From contig CAVPPQ010000008.1 of NCBI GenBank assembly GCA_963707395.1, forward strand, positions 2,747 through 66,746: DNA of 64,000 bases, read 5' to 3'. Source of the stretch: an uncultured Chloroflexia bacterium (GTDB taxonomy: Bacteria > Chloroflexota > Limnocylindria > Limnocylindrales > CSP1-4). The notes under the pieces were generated by a model, which saw nothing but the letters and a program-made list of their open reading frames with translations, searched no databases and had not been told where the DNA came from. The position numbers were made by a program, and so were the translations under genes. The stretch's first letter is position 1. Every line of letters starts with the position of its first letter. This document shows, one piece after another, positions 62,443 through 64,000 of the stretch.

Positions 62443-63498
62443 GTGAACCCATCTCTGACTCGGAGGAAGTTCCTGCAGGCGTCGGCTGCGACAGCCGGCG
62501 CAGTCGTCGCCACCAGCATGCTGGGCCCGGTCGCGAGCGCGCAGGACAAGAAGCTCAAGTTCGTCTGGTCGCCCAAGGCCACCAACAACCCGGTCTTCGC
62601 CGTCGCCGAGCAGGGCGGCAAGATCCGCTCGGAAGAGCTCGGTGACGTCGAGTTCGTGTGGATCGGGCCACCCAACACGGATGCTCAGGCGCAGGCTGAC
62701 ATGCTCGACGCCGCCATCACCGCTGGCTGCGACGGCATGGGCATCTCCTGCAATGACGCCACGGTGCTGATGCCGATCATCGACCGGGCCATGGACCAGG
62801 GGATCCCGGTCATCACCTGGGACTCGGATTCGCCGGACTCGAAGCGGCTCTCGTTCTACAGCTTCGAGAACGAATCGGCCGCCACGGCGGGCGCCGAGCG
62901 CTTCGTCGAGGTGATGCAGGACAACCCCACCAAGACCTACGTCCTGCTCTCCGGCAATGCTGGGGCCCCCAACCTGGAGGCCCGCATCGCGGCCGTGCAG
63001 GCGGTGCTGCAGAAGCCGGAAAGCGGCCTCGAGTACGTCACCACCCTGTTCTGCAACGACGACCCGATCCTGGGCGCCACGCTCATCGAGGACCAGCTCA
63101 CGGCCATGCCGGACCTGGGCGGCATCTTCTGGATCGGCGGATGGCCGCTGTTCGGTGACGTCAACGCCATGCCGCAGTTCGTTGCCGCCGCCGAGGCCGG
63201 GACGCTGAAGTCCGTGTCTTGGGACACGCTGTGGATGCAGCTCCCGCTCCTCGAGAACGGCATCGTCCAGGGCCTCATCGGCCAGAAGTACTTTGGCTGG
63301 GGCTACGACGGCATCGGCATCATGTACGACATCGTCAAGTACGGCCTCACCGTGCCTGACTTCATCGACTCCGGCTACGACCTGCTCACCACGCCAGAGC
63401 AGGCCGTGGAGTTCGCCAAGAAGTGGGACACCCAGAACTTCGTGCCCGAAGGCGGCTCGAAGTTCGGCCTGGGGGACGCCTCGGCGTACGAGGGCTGA
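62443..63498 (+). CDS. CUT2 sugar ABC transporter substrate-binding protein (RbsB-like) with a Tat-type signal
   Basis: GTG 62443 follows ACGAGGAGGAAC. The N-terminus is SLTRRKFLQASAATAGAVVATSMLGPVASA, followed by a periplasmic-binding-protein type I fold. Confidence 0.9.
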   Translation: MNPSLTRRKFLQASAATAGAVVATSMLGPVASAQDKKLKFVWSPKATNNPVFAVAEQGGKIRSEELGDVEFVWIGPPNTDAQAQADMLDAAITAGCDGMGISCNDATVLMPIIDRAMDQGIPVITWDSDSPDSKRLSFYSFENESAATAGAERFVEVMQDNPTKTYVLLSGNAGAPNLEARIAAVQAVLQKPESGLEYVTTLFCNDDPILGATLIEDQLTAMPDLGGIFWIGGWPLFGDVNAMPQFVAAAEAGTLKSVSWDTLWMQLPLLENGIVQGLIGQKYFGWGYDGIGIMYDIVKYGLTVPDFIDSGYDLLTTPEQAVEFAKKWDTQNFVPEGGSKFGLGDASAYEG

Positions 63499-63626
63499 CG
63501 CCAGAACGATAGACCGTGGGCGGGTTCGCTCCCGCCCCCACACGCAGTCTCATCGGGGGTGTCCTCGGTCGAACCAGGGGCACCCCCGAACCGTTGCCCC
63601 GCGATGGCCCAGGGGGAGGGGACCGC

Positions 63627-63658
63627 GACCCTCGGGGGCAGCCCCGCTCCCGAGGGTC
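63627..63658. terminator. Strong GC-rich hairpin between convergent genes (candidate bidirectional terminator)
   Basis: gaccctcggg-N12-cccgagggtc (perfect 10-bp stem). Two weaker hairpins lie at 63518..63537 and about 63552..63591. Confidence 0.5.
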
Positions 63659-63667
63659 GGAAGTGGC

Positions 63668-64000
63668 TTAGCTCGCGACCTCGGCCACGAGCTTGAGCGG
63701 CGGCGGCGGGCTGTCGTCGGCATTGGCATGCAGCCGCTGCCAGTAGCTCACGTCGCGCCACTGGCCGTTCTTGTAGCCGAGGCGCTTGAGCGTGCCGCCC
63801 AGCTCGAAGCCGAGCGACTGGTGCAGCGCCACGCTGGCCTCGTTGGGCAGCGCGATGACGGCCACGATGGCGTGGTAGCCCTGTGCGTCCATGATCTCCA
63901 GCATGCGACCGCAGAGGGCGCGGCCGATGCCCTGGCCCGCGTGGCCGTTGCGCACGTAGACGCTGACCTCTGCCGTCCAGTCGTAGGCGCCGCGCAGCTT
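63668..64000 (-). CDS. GNAT-family N-acetyltransferase (phosphinothricin/MnaT-like). The N-terminus lies outside the window.
   Basis: The acetyl-CoA motif reads VYVRNGHAGQGIGRAL, then ...ALPNEASVALHQSLGFELGGTLKRLGYKNGQWRDVSYWQ. The reading frame is still open at 64000. Confidence 0.8.
   Translation of the reverse strand, partial: KLRGAYDWTAEVSVYVRNGHAGQGIGRALCGRMLEIMDAQGYHAIVAVIALPNEASVALHQSLGFELGGTLKRLGYKNGQWRDVSYWQRLHANADDSPPPPLKLVAEVAS

Noticed and set aside
1-64000. Mobile elements, prophage, toxin-antitoxin pairs or a known or novel defence system.
   Set aside because: No transposase, integrase, recombinase, phage structural, nuclease/helicase/ATPase-type defence, or small paired-ORF signatures were seen in any frame. 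GC and codon style look uniform by eye across the window.

Overview
This is a 64 kb window of very GC-rich (about 70% by eye), densely coding bacterial chromosome. RBSs are strong GGAGG-type and there are many ATGA/GTGA stop-start overlaps. The gene content looks like Actinomycetota or a similar high-GC Gram-positive/Chloroflexota lineage, but I cannot place it further.

I support about 50 protein genes and one tRNA-Glu(CUC). I found no rRNA, CRISPR array, transposase, integrase or recognisable defence system.

**Content, left to right:**
- E1-alpha and a DeoR regulator.
- A divergent C1 pair: a MetF-MetV fusion plus an AcsE-like pterin methyltransferase.
- An amino-acid ABC importer.
- LigD, PBP1A, MutY, a YjeF_N protein, PlsY and Lpd.
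- A six-gene peptide ABC operon bracketed by two paralogous S12 (D-aminopeptidase-like) serine hydrolases.
- E2-LipA.
- A CUT1 sugar ABC operon with an amidohydrolase, then adenosine deaminase and an MMPL transporter.
- A LacD-aldolase / PfkB-kinase / GH4 / CUT1-ABC / GntR / SIS sugar cluster.
- Housekeeping odds and ends: YjbQ, ABM, TrmH, DUF1015 and an alpha/beta hydrolase.
- tRNA-Glu, followed by a DUF1611 + dipeptide-epimerase pair.
- A secreted double-DUF333 protein.
- A LacI-regulated ribose-type ABC operon and a GNAT.

**Most noteworthy observations:**
1. Tandem runs of the palindromic octamer GTCCGGAC sit at three sugar-related promoters, which suggests one regulon.
2. The 650-bp spacer after the GH4 gene holds a 51-bp x3.35 tandem array and about 18 units of strictly 10-bp-phased repeats.
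3. Seven single-base frameshifts interrupt otherwise well-conserved genes. Six need removal of one base, mostly in short G/C runs. This looks more like consensus error than biology.

I did not find a convincing new protein-based system. The non-coding arrays and the operator regulon are the best leads.
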